A stretch of 50,811 nucleotides of DNA from a virus (taxonomy: Duplodnaviria > Caudoviricetes), in IMG/VR virus record IMGVR_UViG_3300005326_000013, positions 1-50,811 of that record; one strand, written 5' to 3'. This document shows, piece by piece, positions 18,818 to 28,400 of the stretch. A program made the position numbers and the translations under genes. Position 1 is the stretch's first letter. Every line of letters starts with the position of its first letter. The notes beneath the pieces were generated by a model that saw only the letters and a program-made list of their open reading frames with translations, was not told where the DNA came from and made no database searches.

Positions 18818-18955
18818 TTACCCTCCCTTTTCCTTTTGCGTATATGCGTCAATTGCCCGGCGTACCAGCTCCGCTACGGAAAGGCCGGTCTTACGGGCAA
18901 GCCCCTTGAGGGTCTTTCGCTGTTGTCCTGTGAGGTGGATGTTTGTTCGTTTCAT
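18818..18955 (-). CDS. ribbon-helix-helix (CopG/Arc-like) DNA-binding protein, 45 aa
   Basis: MKRTNIHLTGQQRKTLKGLARKTGLSVAELVRRAIDAY; below the ORF-track cutoff. Confidence 0.85.
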   Translation of the reverse strand: MKRTNIHLTGQQRKTLKGLARKTGLSVAELVRRAIDAYTQKEKGG

Positions 18956-18961
18956 GGCGGT

Positions 18962-18990
18962 ACGGTACGCCTACCGTGCGCACTTGTCAA
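18962..18990 (-). promoter_or_regulatory. leftward sigma70 promoter, probably giving a leaderless RHH mRNA
   Basis: TTGACA-17-TACCGT; ATG begins 7 nt past the -10; palindrome ACGGTA-N4-TACCGT overlaps the -10. Confidence 0.6.
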
Positions 18991-19029
18991 GAAAATAAAT
19001 TGGGTATTTTGAATACCCATTTTTTTCTC

Positions 19030-19058
19030 TTGACATGGGGAACGGGTTTTGCTAATAT
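19030..19058 (+). promoter_or_regulatory. rightward sigma70 promoter for accessory block 2
   Basis: TTGACA-17-TAATAT. Confidence 0.75.
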
Positions 19059-19109
19059 TCGACTTGCCAACCTAGCGGAGCCCTCCGACCAAACCCAAGG
19101 GAGGGAGCC

Positions 19110-19271
19110 ATGATTCAGCATTTCTTCGCACCAAAACATAACACCCTGTACGTCAATCCAATCAAAAACAATACCCGGCGGGCCATGGGCCTTGCCGCCG
19201 CTATGGCGTGGTCGTTCGCCCTGGGGGTCGTCGTGGGCAGCCTTCTGACGCTGGCGTGGGGGGCGTGGTGA
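19110..19271 (+). CDS. small membrane protein (53 aa)
   Basis: Hand-translated MIQHFFAPK...AWSFALGVVVGSLLTLAWGAW; GGAGG RBS. Confidence 0.6.
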   Translation: MIQHFFAPKHNTLYVNPIKNNTRRAMGLAAAMAWSFALGVVVGSLLTLAWGAW

Positions 19272-19621
19272 TGGCTGTGAAGTACCTGGAAGACATCCAT
19301 AAATTCACATACTCGGGCAAGGGGCCTCATTCGTTCATATATTTTATAACGATCAACCCCTTGAAGAATAGTCAGCATTTGAGCAGGGTAAAAATAGGTA
19401 TAAGTAAAGCGCCTCAAAAGCGTTTGGCAAGCATGCAAACTGGTAGCGCCTATACATTGAATTTATGGTACACGATAAAGGTCAATGAGGATATGGCCAA
19501 AAGGTTAGAGAGTAGCCTTCATGAAAAATTTAGATGGTCTAGGTATAATGGTGAATGGTTTACTATACATAAGGCGATAAGGAACTTTGTTACAGAACAT
19601 AAACATTTTGCCGCCGCATAG
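19271..19621 (+). CDS. GIY-YIG family (T5orf172/MUG113-like) protein
   Basis: FIYFI...VKIGIS..PQKRLASMQTG...LESSLH...GEWF. Confidence 0.85.
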   Translation: MAVKYLEDIHKFTYSGKGPHSFIYFITINPLKNSQHLSRVKIGISKAPQKRLASMQTGSAYTLNLWYTIKVNEDMAKRLESSLHEKFRWSRYNGEWFTIHKAIRNFVTEHKHFAAA

Positions 19622-19667
19622 AGCCCGTAGCGGCGCAGGGCAACCTGTTCTTCGGGGAGGGGGGATA

Positions 19668-20924
19668 ATGCCATACGAATACGGAGAGGTCACGGAAAGA
19701 ACGATAACGGGGTTCACCTGTGATCGCTGCAAGCGGTTTTTTGGCCGATGGGATTCCGATATAGGCGAGTTTGAAGAACGGTTCTCTTGGCAAAACACGG
19801 GCGGCTACTTCTCTAAATTCTGGGGCGACGGTAGTTCCGTTGAGGTTGTCATGTGCGAACGGTGCGGATACGAGATGTTCAAGGAGATTGCGACATGGAC
19901 GGATGGAGGTGAGTAATGGCAAAGTATACGGTAAAGCAAATGTTGGAAGAAGTAGTTGAACGGATTGAGGTAATCCACGAGCACCTTGAGGCACTTGAGA
20001 AAGTCGGCTCTTTCGTGGCGAACCGAATGCAAGGTTATCAAAACTTCCGTACTGACTACGGCAACCTCAGAAGCACGCTCATCGAAAGAGAGCTTGAAGA
20101 ATGGCGGGGCCTGCTCATGTGGGGCCTCGTTGTGGACGAAAAGACCCGTGACCGGATCAAAGCTATGGCACACGATAGGTTCCTTGGAGAGGATGCAAGC
20201 GTGTCACACTGGTTGTCACCAAATGGGGTAGAATTGAGTTCATGGCTTCACTCGGACGCAGAGGAGTTTCGTGAAATGGTACGGAAAGAGTTCGCGCCAA
20301 AGGAAGAGAAATAACATGGCAAAGCTGATCGGCAAGAACGTCTATATCACCTGGAAGGACGGCTCCGAATGGCACTGGTTCAAGGTAATTGATCGCGTAC
20401 CTGGAATGCTCATGATCCAGGGCATAGACTCGCCCGATGGTGTGCCGCATGACGGGGATGTGTTTTGGGTGCCGGTCAGCGACATCAAGACGATGGAGGA
20501 GGTGTAGTATGTCGTTGCTAGAGCCGAGATGTTTAGTATGCGGCGCTCCGCTTAACAAAAGTGCACCCTTTGAAAAAGATGTAAGGGATAGCGAGGTTTG
20601 CTCTGATAAATGCTATGAAATGTATTTATATGATGAGGACATCAAGGCAATGGAGGAAATATCATGAAATCCCTCGCCCTCCTCCTCCCCGCCCTGGCCC
20701 TCGTGGCGCTCCTGATCGTTGCCCTGTGCCAGCTCCAAGAGCGGTCTTCCTGGGCATACGAGACGAGCCTCGGGGGCGTGGCGGACGACAGGCACCGTGC
20801 CGCACTGGAATACCACGGGATCAAAGGGGCGTATATGGACAAGGGGGAGTGGGTGTTCGACAGGGGTGGGAAGAGGTGCAAACTATTTACAAAGGCATTC
20901 AAAGCGGAATGGGAGGCGAGATGA
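19668..20924 (+). CDS. five small hypothetical genes (19668-19916, 19916-20314, 20316-20507, 20509-20667, 20664-20924)
   Basis: coupled ORFs with RBSs; some Zn-finger or membrane-anchored. Confidence 0.6.
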
Positions 20925-21349
20925 GGATATATATAGCAAGCTCTTGGAAGAATAGCAAGATTTGTGTCGAAGTGGCGAAATACCTCCGATCTGAGGGGCA
21001 CGTAGTAGATTGTTTCGCTGATGTCTCTACCGGTCGCTACGTGTTCCATTTCTCGGAAATAGGCGCCCATGATAGCCTAAATGCAATCACATTTCTCCGT
21101 GACGAACGGAGCCAGAGGGCATTCAAAGAGGATCGCAGATGGTTGGATTGGTGCGAATGCTGCCTACTAATACTTCCAGCTGGGAGGTCTTCCCATTTAG
21201 AAGCTGGCTATGCCGCCGGAAAAGGAAAAAAGCTAATTATTTTAGGTGAGTTCCCGGTGGGCGAATTTGATGTAATGTACGGCTTTGCCGATGAGCTTAT
21301 TACATGGGACGACTGGTTTGCACGGCCTATCAATCATCGCCTGAGATAG
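20921..21349 (+). CDS. nucleoside 2-deoxyribosyltransferase-like protein
   Basis: MRIYIASSW, DRRWLDWCE and GRSSHLEAGYAAGKGK motifs. Confidence 0.75.
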   Translation: MRIYIASSWKNSKICVEVAKYLRSEGHVVDCFADVSTGRYVFHFSEIGAHDSLNAITFLRDERSQRAFKEDRRWLDWCECCLLILPAGRSSHLEAGYAAGKGKKLIILGEFPVGEFDVMYGFADELITWDDWFARPINHRLR

Positions 21350-21460
21350 AGGAAGAGGTGCAGGCTGTTCATGAAGGCGTTCAAAAGGAGAGGACATGAA
21401 AATTGTAGAATTTAAGGGGTGTAATACCGTTTATGAGAAGTGGCACAGAGAGGAGAAGTC

Positions 21461-22771
21461 ATGGACACGCTATTGAAGTTTTTGCTTATTGTGGCAATCT
21501 ATATATTTTCTGCCATTATGCACGAGGCCGATCTGTCAAGAAACTACAACGAAACTGGAGACGCGAAGGCTTGGTTTTTTGACATCAAACGATATCAACA
21601 ACCAGAAAGGAGAACACCATGAAAACAGCATTAAGAATTATCGTCCTGGTAGTGATCGCGCTTTGCCTATCCGTTATGGCATCGGCGGAGGATTTGACAA
21701 AATATACACATGCGACGGTGGAGAAGAAAGCAAAGCCCGTCACGTATGAGGTTACAATTAACATCACCTACAACGCCGTTTCGCCCGAGAAGGCCGTTGA
21801 ACTGGTGAAGGAAATGACGGACCGGCATAGCCCCGCCTGCAAGGTCGATGTGAGGGTGAAGAAGGGTGGAAATGACGAAATTCTGGTAATAAATTCCGAT
21901 ACTGTTTACGGCAATATTACTTATCTTCCAAACAAGTGACTTGTCCGCTTGGTTCCCCCGTGGCCCTGACGGATAAGCAATGGCAAAGGATCGGCAACGA
22001 TCACCACGGGGGAGCCGCCAATAAGAAGGGGGAATAAGCATGGCGACACTTTGCCCATATTGTCAGGCTGAAATTGAAGAGCATATTTTTAACAGATGGA
22101 ATGGCAACTACTGGACCTCCTGTGATGATTTTGAATGCCCATGCTGTAAGGCTGAGATGAGCATTGATGTGGAAGCTGAACCGATTTTTAACGCAGTCCG
22201 AAAGGCTGGGGATTCCCGATCACCACGGGGGAGCCGTCAATAACAAGGGGGGAGAATATAAAATGCCTGGATACGCTGACCCAAATGACGAAAGAAATAG
22301 CTCGAAATATCATACAGGAAAGTCTTGCATTGAAGGGTGTGGTCGTCCGGCTGGGACTGCATGGGGAAAGCACTGGTGTTTTGAGTGTAATGTCAAACGA
22401 ATTAACCGAATAAGCAGACAGCTTGATTCGATGTGTGGAGCCGCCAATAAGAAGGGGGGAGAGTGATGACATATTTTGTCGCAAACATCGAAATGGAAGT
22501 CCTTCAGTGCGATGGATGCAACGTCACTTTTGCAACGACTTCTGTTTTTATCAAAGCCCGGAGGGACGACCATAAAATATTCTACTGCCCTAATGGTTGC
22601 ATAAGATACTACCCACAAGAAAGCGGCAAGGAACGCTTGCAACGGTTACTGGATCAAGAACGTGAATGTTGTATCGCGGCAAGGGAGGAGGCCGGTCATC
22701 TGGAGCGCCGAGTGTGGGGATACAAAGGGCAATTGACCAAAGCCAAGAAGCAACTGAGAGGGGGAGAGTGA
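21461..22771 (+). CDS. small genes (21461-21622; 21619-21939 with signal peptide; Cys-rich 22040-22243, 22263-22466, 22463-22771)
   Basis: coupled ORFs with RBSs. Confidence 0.6.
21998..22459 (+). repeat. gene-junction direct repeats CGATCACCACGGGGGAGCCGYCAATAASAAGGGGG
   Basis: 21998-22032 and 22217-22251 (33/35 identical); partial copy at 22437-22459. Confidence 0.9.
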
Positions 22772-23694
22772 TGGAACGGAACTGTAGCGCTTGCGTGCAT
22801 AAAAGTAGCAGTGGCAACGGATGTAATTTACTATCCGGCCATTGTACATGGCAACCCAAGGAGGCACCCATGGAACGAGCGTGTAGAACTTGTCAGTTTA
22901 ACAGCCGGTCCTATACTAAGATGTGCAATAGTTGCTCGGGACAAGATGGCTTCCCGATGTGGGGGGTCGCTCCACGCTTGGATGGTGAGTATCGAATCTT
23001 CAACGGCAACCCACACTGGCTTCCCAAGGATGGGAAGAAGGTGGAACAAAACTGTATCACTTGTAAATGGATTACTTCATATCCAAGTAATTGTGCGGGA
23101 TGTTCTGGCGCAGGCAACTTTCCGCACTGGCAACCCAAGGAGGAGCCCATGAATCAAAGGATAAAGATGGACACAGGGCGGATGTGGTTAGAGAGTAAAC
23201 CGGCTACGAAGACAACCATCAAGATCATCCGCCCCGTCACGATTGCAAGCGTGGCGGCGGAGAACCCACCGAGGAAAGTGTTCGATAACCTATACAGATA
23301 TTTTGATATGGGGAAGTTTACATACGAAATATCCGCAAAAGAACTTGAAGTATATTTCGGAAGTTGTGGCCCGTACAATAAAGAGTGGTTCCTCTCCCAC
23401 GGCTTCATCGAAGAGGTAGAGGAGAGGGAGAAGATCGGAGTGGGGAGCTTGTGGAGACATGAGGATGGTGAGATCTACCGTCTTATCCAATGTGACGTTG
23501 GTCGAATGGTTTTAGTTGTTGAAATCTCTGATGATGAAGATATGGGGAACAGATGGACCTCACCAGTTGAGGTAACAAACCACCTTGACATTTCCGGCCC
23601 TGAATGGGACAAGATTACGCGCGATAATTCTTCCGAATTTTCCCGCCTACACGGGCGGATGGAGTACGTGGAGGATAACGATGGCAAAGAATGA
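22771..23694 (+). CDS. modular protein with three Cys-rich repeats fused to further domains
   Basis: CxxC...C..C...W(Q/L)PK modules; internal AAGGAGG-ATG sites. Confidence 0.6.
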   Translation: MERNCSACVHKSSSGNGCNLLSGHCTWQPKEAPMERACRTCQFNSRSYTKMCNSCSGQDGFPMWGVAPRLDGEYRIFNGNPHWLPKDGKKVEQNCITCKWITSYPSNCAGCSGAGNFPHWQPKEEPMNQRIKMDTGRMWLESKPATKTTIKIIRPVTIASVAAENPPRKVFDNLYRYFDMGKFTYEISAKELEVYFGSCGPYNKEWFLSHGFIEEVEEREKIGVGSLWRHEDGEIYRLIQCDVGRMVLVVEISDDEDMGNRWTSPVEVTNHLDISGPEWDKITRDNSSEFSRLHGRMEYVEDNDGKE

Positions 23695-24051
23695 GGTTAA
23701 GCGTATCGGGTGGGTGGGGAAGTCGGTGCCATTTGAGGAGGTTGCGCAGAGAACACCCTATGATGACACAGCTTTTTCCTTTGCATATTATGCGGACGAA
23801 GGTAAAAAGTCTGATTGGCACAAAGACGACTGGCCCCCGTACAAGGTCGAGATCATCATAAGGAGGGTGGAGTGATGAGCGGGTCTTCCCACACCATATA
23901 CGCCCCGATAACGTTCCCGCTAATATCATGTGAATGCGGCATGGCGTATATCCTCATAGCAGTAGTCTGCGATGATGAAAACAATACTACAACGATGGAA
24001 CAATCCCAAAGCTATTACTGTCCATATTGCGGAAAGGATAACAAATTATGA
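23681..24051 (+). CDS. two small hypothetical genes (23681-23875, 23875-24051)
   Basis: coupled ORFs. Confidence 0.55.
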
Positions 24052-24239
24052 GCGCTGAACTTTTACCGTGCCCCTTCTGTGGGGGGAAAGCTAGATTGCG
24101 AGAAGACTGGGCTTATTTTGGATATGTAGAATGCACGCGGTGCAGCGCAAGAGTAGCAAAAACCATTTCATATAAAATGCTTACGGCATCCGAAAAAAAG
24201 GAACTCGCAAAGCGATGGAACAGGAGGAGTGCAAAGTAA
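24048..24239 (+). CDS. Lar-like restriction-alleviation family Zn-finger protein
   Basis: ELLPCPFCGG...VECTRC...WNRR signature. Confidence 0.8.
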   Translation: MSAELLPCPFCGGKARLREDWAYFGYVECTRCSARVAKTISYKMLTASEKKELAKRWNRRSAK

Positions 24240-25556
24240 ATGATGGAAGACTACTACACGCTTGAGCAAGTCCGCATGGCGTTCTATGACTGGCTTATCA
24301 GGGAGCTTGTCCGGTCTGATGAACAGTTTATGCCTAAAGTTTTATCTCCCATCTGGCTTGACAAGAAATGGGATGAGTTCAAGAAGCACCTGACGGGGAG
24401 GGGGTAATAATGTCCCGGAAAGTTCCGTTCCAGTGTTGTAAATGTGGTAGGTTTATCGGCGGCTTAGAAAGGGTGAGTGGCCCGAGGATTTGAGGGTGAG
24501 GGAGGTGGTGTAATGGGAGTAGTCGAAGGATGCCTTGGGGGATATCATCCGGCGTGTAATGATTGTGGGATACAGGAAATTTGGGAAATATCACCGGAGG
24601 AGTACAATGAAAATGTCTGGTATTGGGAACAGTGGAAGTGCCCTGATTGCAAAAAGTATACTGAAGAAAATACAGGCTGAATTAGCCCGAGAAATTAGGT
24701 CTCGGCAATGGTATCAACACCGTGTAGACATGCTACAATGCGAGCAACACCGGATGCGCGATCCAGAGCGCACGCTGGTATGCGACATTATTGCCAACGG
24801 AACCTTATTGCCCGATCCGGACGGTAAGCGTTACGGAACAGTAAGCAGCAAGCCACCGCCCCTATCCTGCGGTTGCGACGGGTTCTACCAACTGTTCGGC
24901 GTTCACCGGCATGGGTGTAAGGAGGAGGATTAAAATGGTATACGTAAGTTTTATATCGATGCTTATTTTTTCAACCATATCAACATTGATAATTCATGAA
25001 GGATACGTTTCGCACAATATTGTAACTATAGGTATCGGCGGCTTCCAAGCTGGCTTGGCATTGGCTATGGCAGCGGTGTTTTGTGCATCCTTAATAAAGG
25101 GGAATTTCTAATGACAGACCTTACGCCGACAGACTACGGGTTCAAGTGGGGAGTATTGGAAGTCGAGCGGTGCATGTTTTACGATAGCGGTAGATTCACT
25201 GGCGCGGTTATGCTAGTTTGCCGTACTCCGAAGACGGAAGTCCATATTTACGTCACGAAGACCGGCAAGCTCAGAATATTCTATCCTGACGGAACGGAAT
25301 GGCATAAATCATGAAAACTATTTATGTCGTATCGAGGTGCAAGAAGGACGATACCCTGTATGGTCCCATGCACCTATCCGCAATCGAAGACGGAGTAACA
25401 TTGTGCGGACAGAAGGTGAAAGGGGATGCTTGGTGGATCACAGGCGTGCTGGGGCACAAATTATCTGGCGAGCCAACTTGTAAGAAGTGCTTACAAGTAC
25501 ACCTTATCCACGCCGACGATCTTGCGGTCACGGATACGGGCTACGGCAAAGCCTAG
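24240..25556 (+). CDS. run of small hypothetical genes to the end of accessory block 2
   Basis: overlapping ORFs including 24607-24933, 24935-25111 (membrane), 25111-25314 and 25311-25556. Confidence 0.5.
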
Positions 25557-26339
25557 CTCTACGGGGTCGTATTCAGCGATCTCAGCATATCCCGAAATGC
25601 CGTCCCCGAAGGTCTTGAGAAAACTGCCTGTGTTGACATACCATTGCAAGTCGGGGTGTATCCACGGGGCCGTCTGGTCAAGCTCCGTGTATGCCTGCTT
25701 GGTTCTATTCCCGTCATCCGTGATGTAAAGCTCAGACTGAGGTTCACACACCAGGAGCCGGTGAGTGTGTCCTTTGCATGATAAAGAGACGTCTCCCGCC
25801 TTGAATTTTAAATGCCTTTTGAGAATCAGCTTGGCGTTCGTCAGCCGCCGCTGAGGGTCGTCAGCCGTAGATGTGATTCCCTTACGCCCGTGGGTGTGGA
25901 GGCTCTTATACATCAGATTGCCCTTGGTATCCAAGACCACGAGCTTGAACATCCAAGTTCCGTACTCTATCCCTAAAGGCTCACAGATGGCCCTGGTGAG
26001 GTCACCAAAGCGCCATAACTTCAACGTATGATTACCTTGACACATAGCAATAGTTATATGCGCTATTGGTTTTAGGTTGCGCTTTTCTGCCTCTACTTGG
26101 AGAAGAGGGATGGGTTCTTTACAGGTCAGAGGGTCATAATGTTTATCGTCGATCATGATAGCTTCAATGGGGTCCCCATGATGGATGCCGTAATTGTGTT
26201 TGCACCCGGCATACTCCGAAAGCATCACGTGACACAACTGTTCCCATCCATCGTCATGCCGAAGGACGGAGCCCTCATGGTCATCCCCGAATAGAAACAG
26301 GTTGTGATCTTTCGGGAGACGCCTTGTAATGATTCGCAT
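25491..26339 (-). CDS. calcineurin-like metallophosphoesterase
   Basis: GDDHEG, GDPIE, GNH, HTHG and GHTH motifs. Confidence 0.85.
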   Translation of the reverse strand: MRIITRRLPKDHNLFLFGDDHEGSVLRHDDGWEQLCHVMLSEYAGCKHNYGIHHGDPIEAIMIDDKHYDPLTCKEPIPLLQVEAEKRNLKPIAHITIAMCQGNHTLKLWRFGDLTRAICEPLGIEYGTWMFKLVVLDTKGNLMYKSLHTHGRKGITSTADDPQRRLTNAKLILKRHLKFKAGDVSLSCKGHTHRLLVCEPQSELYITDDGNRTKQAYTELDQTAPWIHPDLQWYVNTGSFLKTFGDGISGYAEIAEYDPVELGFAVARIRDRKIVGVDKVYL

Positions 26340-26643
26340 AACTCCCCCTGGTAAAGGTTAGCTCGGAGCCTCTCATACAATTCGGGCACTTTTTCGTAGT
26401 AATGTCTTCAGGTATGGGAGCACCGCATGACGGACATCGGCTCTGGTCCACATATCGCTGTTTCTTCTTCCGCTGGTACGCCCGGCGCTTGGGTGTAGCA
26501 TCCCACTTTTTGACTCTAGCCCGGTTTTTCGTGTAACACTCATAGCAGAATATTAAACCTGGCAACGCTGGCTTAGGGCATTGTCGGCATAGCCCTAGAG
26601 CCTTATGGCGCTGAGCGTAGACTATGGAGTAGGTGCCGCTCAT
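26281..26643 (-). CDS. basic Cys-rich (Zn-finger) protein
   Basis: four CxxC motifs. Confidence 0.55.
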   Translation of the reverse strand: MSGTYSIVYAQRHKALGLCRQCPKPALPGLIFCYECYTKNRARVKKWDATPKRRAYQRKKKQRYVDQSRCPSCGAPIPEDITTKKCPNCMRGSELTFTRGSYANHYKASPERSQPVSIRG

Positions 26644-27053
26644 TTCTGCCCTGCCTTTAGTGTCGGCTTGACGTTGCTCTTATCCGCGCACGGGCCAGCC
26701 GCCCACCTTACCGCTTTGTAAACCCACCACGCCCTCAGCCGGGACATGCCGTCTTCCAAACATATCTCCCGAAGGAGCTGGTCGAAGTACTCTCTGTACT
26801 CAATGGGTAGATTGCATTCCCTCATGAGTTGGTATCCGGCGTCATGCACAAGAGAACCACGCATGAAGTTTCGAGTATCAATAGCGGGGCCTGAAGGACC
26901 ATCCCAACAATATCCGGCATGAACTGTAAGAAGCCCGGCAGCATCCAGTGACAGGAAGTCCTTGTGAATATTCAGCCCGGTGATTTCCGTCCAGATGGAA
27001 TAGTCTTCGGAAAGCTGATATTTATAGCCTGATTTGTAATATATTTTTGGCAT
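26640..27053 (-). CDS. DUF1353-like protein
   Basis: GYCWDGPSGP, SLVHDAGYQ and YKAVR motifs. Confidence 0.75.
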   Translation of the reverse strand: MPKIYYKSGYKYQLSEDYSIWTEITGLNIHKDFLSLDAAGLLTVHAGYCWDGPSGPAIDTRNFMRGSLVHDAGYQLMRECNLPIEYREYFDQLLREICLEDGMSRLRAWWVYKAVRWAAGPCADKSNVKPTLKAGQK

Positions 27054-27114
27054 ACCAAGTTCGTATTAGCTTACCCATGTCGTTACGTGGCCTTCCCATT
27101 GGTTTAATTCTGAT

Positions 27115-27327
27115 TCACACACCGTAGGGACGAAAACATCTGGATATCTCCATGGTAACCCCGCTATCAAGTGCTTGGTCTTGCACCGTCACCCACCCCA
27201 ATCCGCCACACCCGTAGCATGGTCCGTCTTCCTGAAACCCGGCTGGTTTATCGGTTGTTCCGTTTGGGTCGAATTTGTACCTTTTACCGCTTCCGTTACA
27301 AACTGGACATTTTTCTGCATGAGCCAT
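27115..27327 (-). CDS. DnaJ-type Zn-finger small protein
   Basis: CPVCNGSG...CYGCGGLG. Confidence 0.6.
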   Translation of the reverse strand: MAHAEKCPVCNGSGKRYKFDPNGTTDKPAGFQEDGPCYGCGGLGWVTVQDQALDSGVTMEISRCFRPYGV

Positions 27328-27345
27328 GTTCTAATCCTCCCTTAT

Positions 27346-27663
27346 TTATGGCGCGATCGGCACCCTCTTGATGGCCTCAGCCGCAAGCCCTATGATGGCA
27401 AGGTTGGCCTGGGCCTCCTTGTTCTCGGACTTCTTGACCTTGAGGTGGATTATCTCCCGGCCATCCGGCTTGACTTCTTTGGTCACTTCCACCTCGTCAA
27501 GTATGTGCTCCCCGTATGCTTCATACAGGACCGAGCCCCATTGTAGACGCACTGACGGTGCAAACATGGAGCAACTATTCAACATTATCATCAACACGCA
27601 CAAAACAAGCATGACAAGTGACGCCAGGAACCAGGACATAGCGGAAGATATTGACCCACGCAT
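27346..27663 (-). CDS. putative lipoprotein (lysis accessory, spanin-like?)
   Basis: hydrophobic N-terminus ending LNSC; near the endolysin. Confidence 0.5.
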   Translation of the reverse strand: MRGSISSAMSWFLASLVMLVLCVLMIMLNSCSMFAPSVRLQWGSVLYEAYGEHILDEVEVTKEVKPDGREIIHLKVKKSENKEAQANLAIIGLAAEAIKRVPIAP

Positions 27664-27667
27664 GATA

Positions 27668-27949
27668 TCACCTCTTCAATTGTACTTCGGTTTTCTTTTC
27701 AAGTTTGAAATCTTTAAGGTTACAATCAGTAAACCCTGTATATCTTTTCTTGCCCTCTTCGATAAACGCTACCGCTTCTTCCTCGGTGGCAAACTCTTGG
27801 ATCATCATTTTTTCAGTTGATTCCCAACAGATATTAGCATACGTGGCGTTTGACGGCATTGTGACGCCGAATTTATCCGGTTTCGGATAATTCACGGGGC
27901 ATGGAACCATAAACGTTGATACTACTATCCAAGTTACAACCCAGATCAT
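27668..27949 (-). CDS. AT-rich hypothetical protein
   Basis: 93-aa ORF with GGAGG RBS. Confidence 0.55.
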   Translation of the reverse strand: MIWVVTWIVVSTFMVPCPVNYPKPDKFGVTMPSNATYANICWESTEKMMIQEFATEEEAVAFIEEGKKRYTGFTDCNLKDFKLEKKTEVQLKR

Positions 27950-27959
27950 GACGCCCTCC

Positions 27960-28400
27960 TTACAGCTTCAGAAACGTATGCCCACCGATCACCGCTACGG
28001 GCTCTACGCCTACCGCCCAATAGGGGATCTTCTTGACTACGTTGTGGGCATAGAAGTGGTTTGCGCCTTTAACAATATCCCGTGTCCAGTTATGGTAAAC
28101 AATCCATGCCGCAGCACATATTTCTTTCCACCACACTTCGGCCCTGCGCTGACGGAAGTATTTAGTATACAGAAGGGGGGGGATCTCATCGTCGAAAATC
28201 AGCTTGCCCAATGGGGCCATGGACTCAAACTGAGCGGGCTGAAGGACAACCTCCCTGTAGGTATCAGGCCAACGCCGTTCGTTGACCCTAGTGCGTATTA
28301 CGCAGCCTACGGCCAACTTCCCCACAATTGATTCCCCCTCTGCCTCCCCACGGATACAGGCTTGCAGCCAGTCCAGTTCGCTAAGATCAGATGGTTTCAT
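27960..28400 (-). CDS. cell-wall hydrolase (SleB/Hydrolase_2 family), putative endolysin
   Basis: EAEGESIVGKLAVGCVI, VVLQPAQF, GANHFY, IGGHTF. Confidence 0.88.
   Translation of the reverse strand: MKPSDLSELDWLQACIRGEAEGESIVGKLAVGCVIRTRVNERRWPDTYREVVLQPAQFESMAPLGKLIFDDEIPPLLYTKYFRQRRAEVWWKEICAAAWIVYHNWTRDIVKGANHFYAHNVVKKIPYWAVGVEPVAVIGGHTFLKL

Noticed and set aside
21940-22016. hammerhead or HDV-like ribozyme
   Set aside because: CUGACGG and the nested pairing are suggestive, but the GAAA/UH core and the HDV J4/2 and L3 residues do not match
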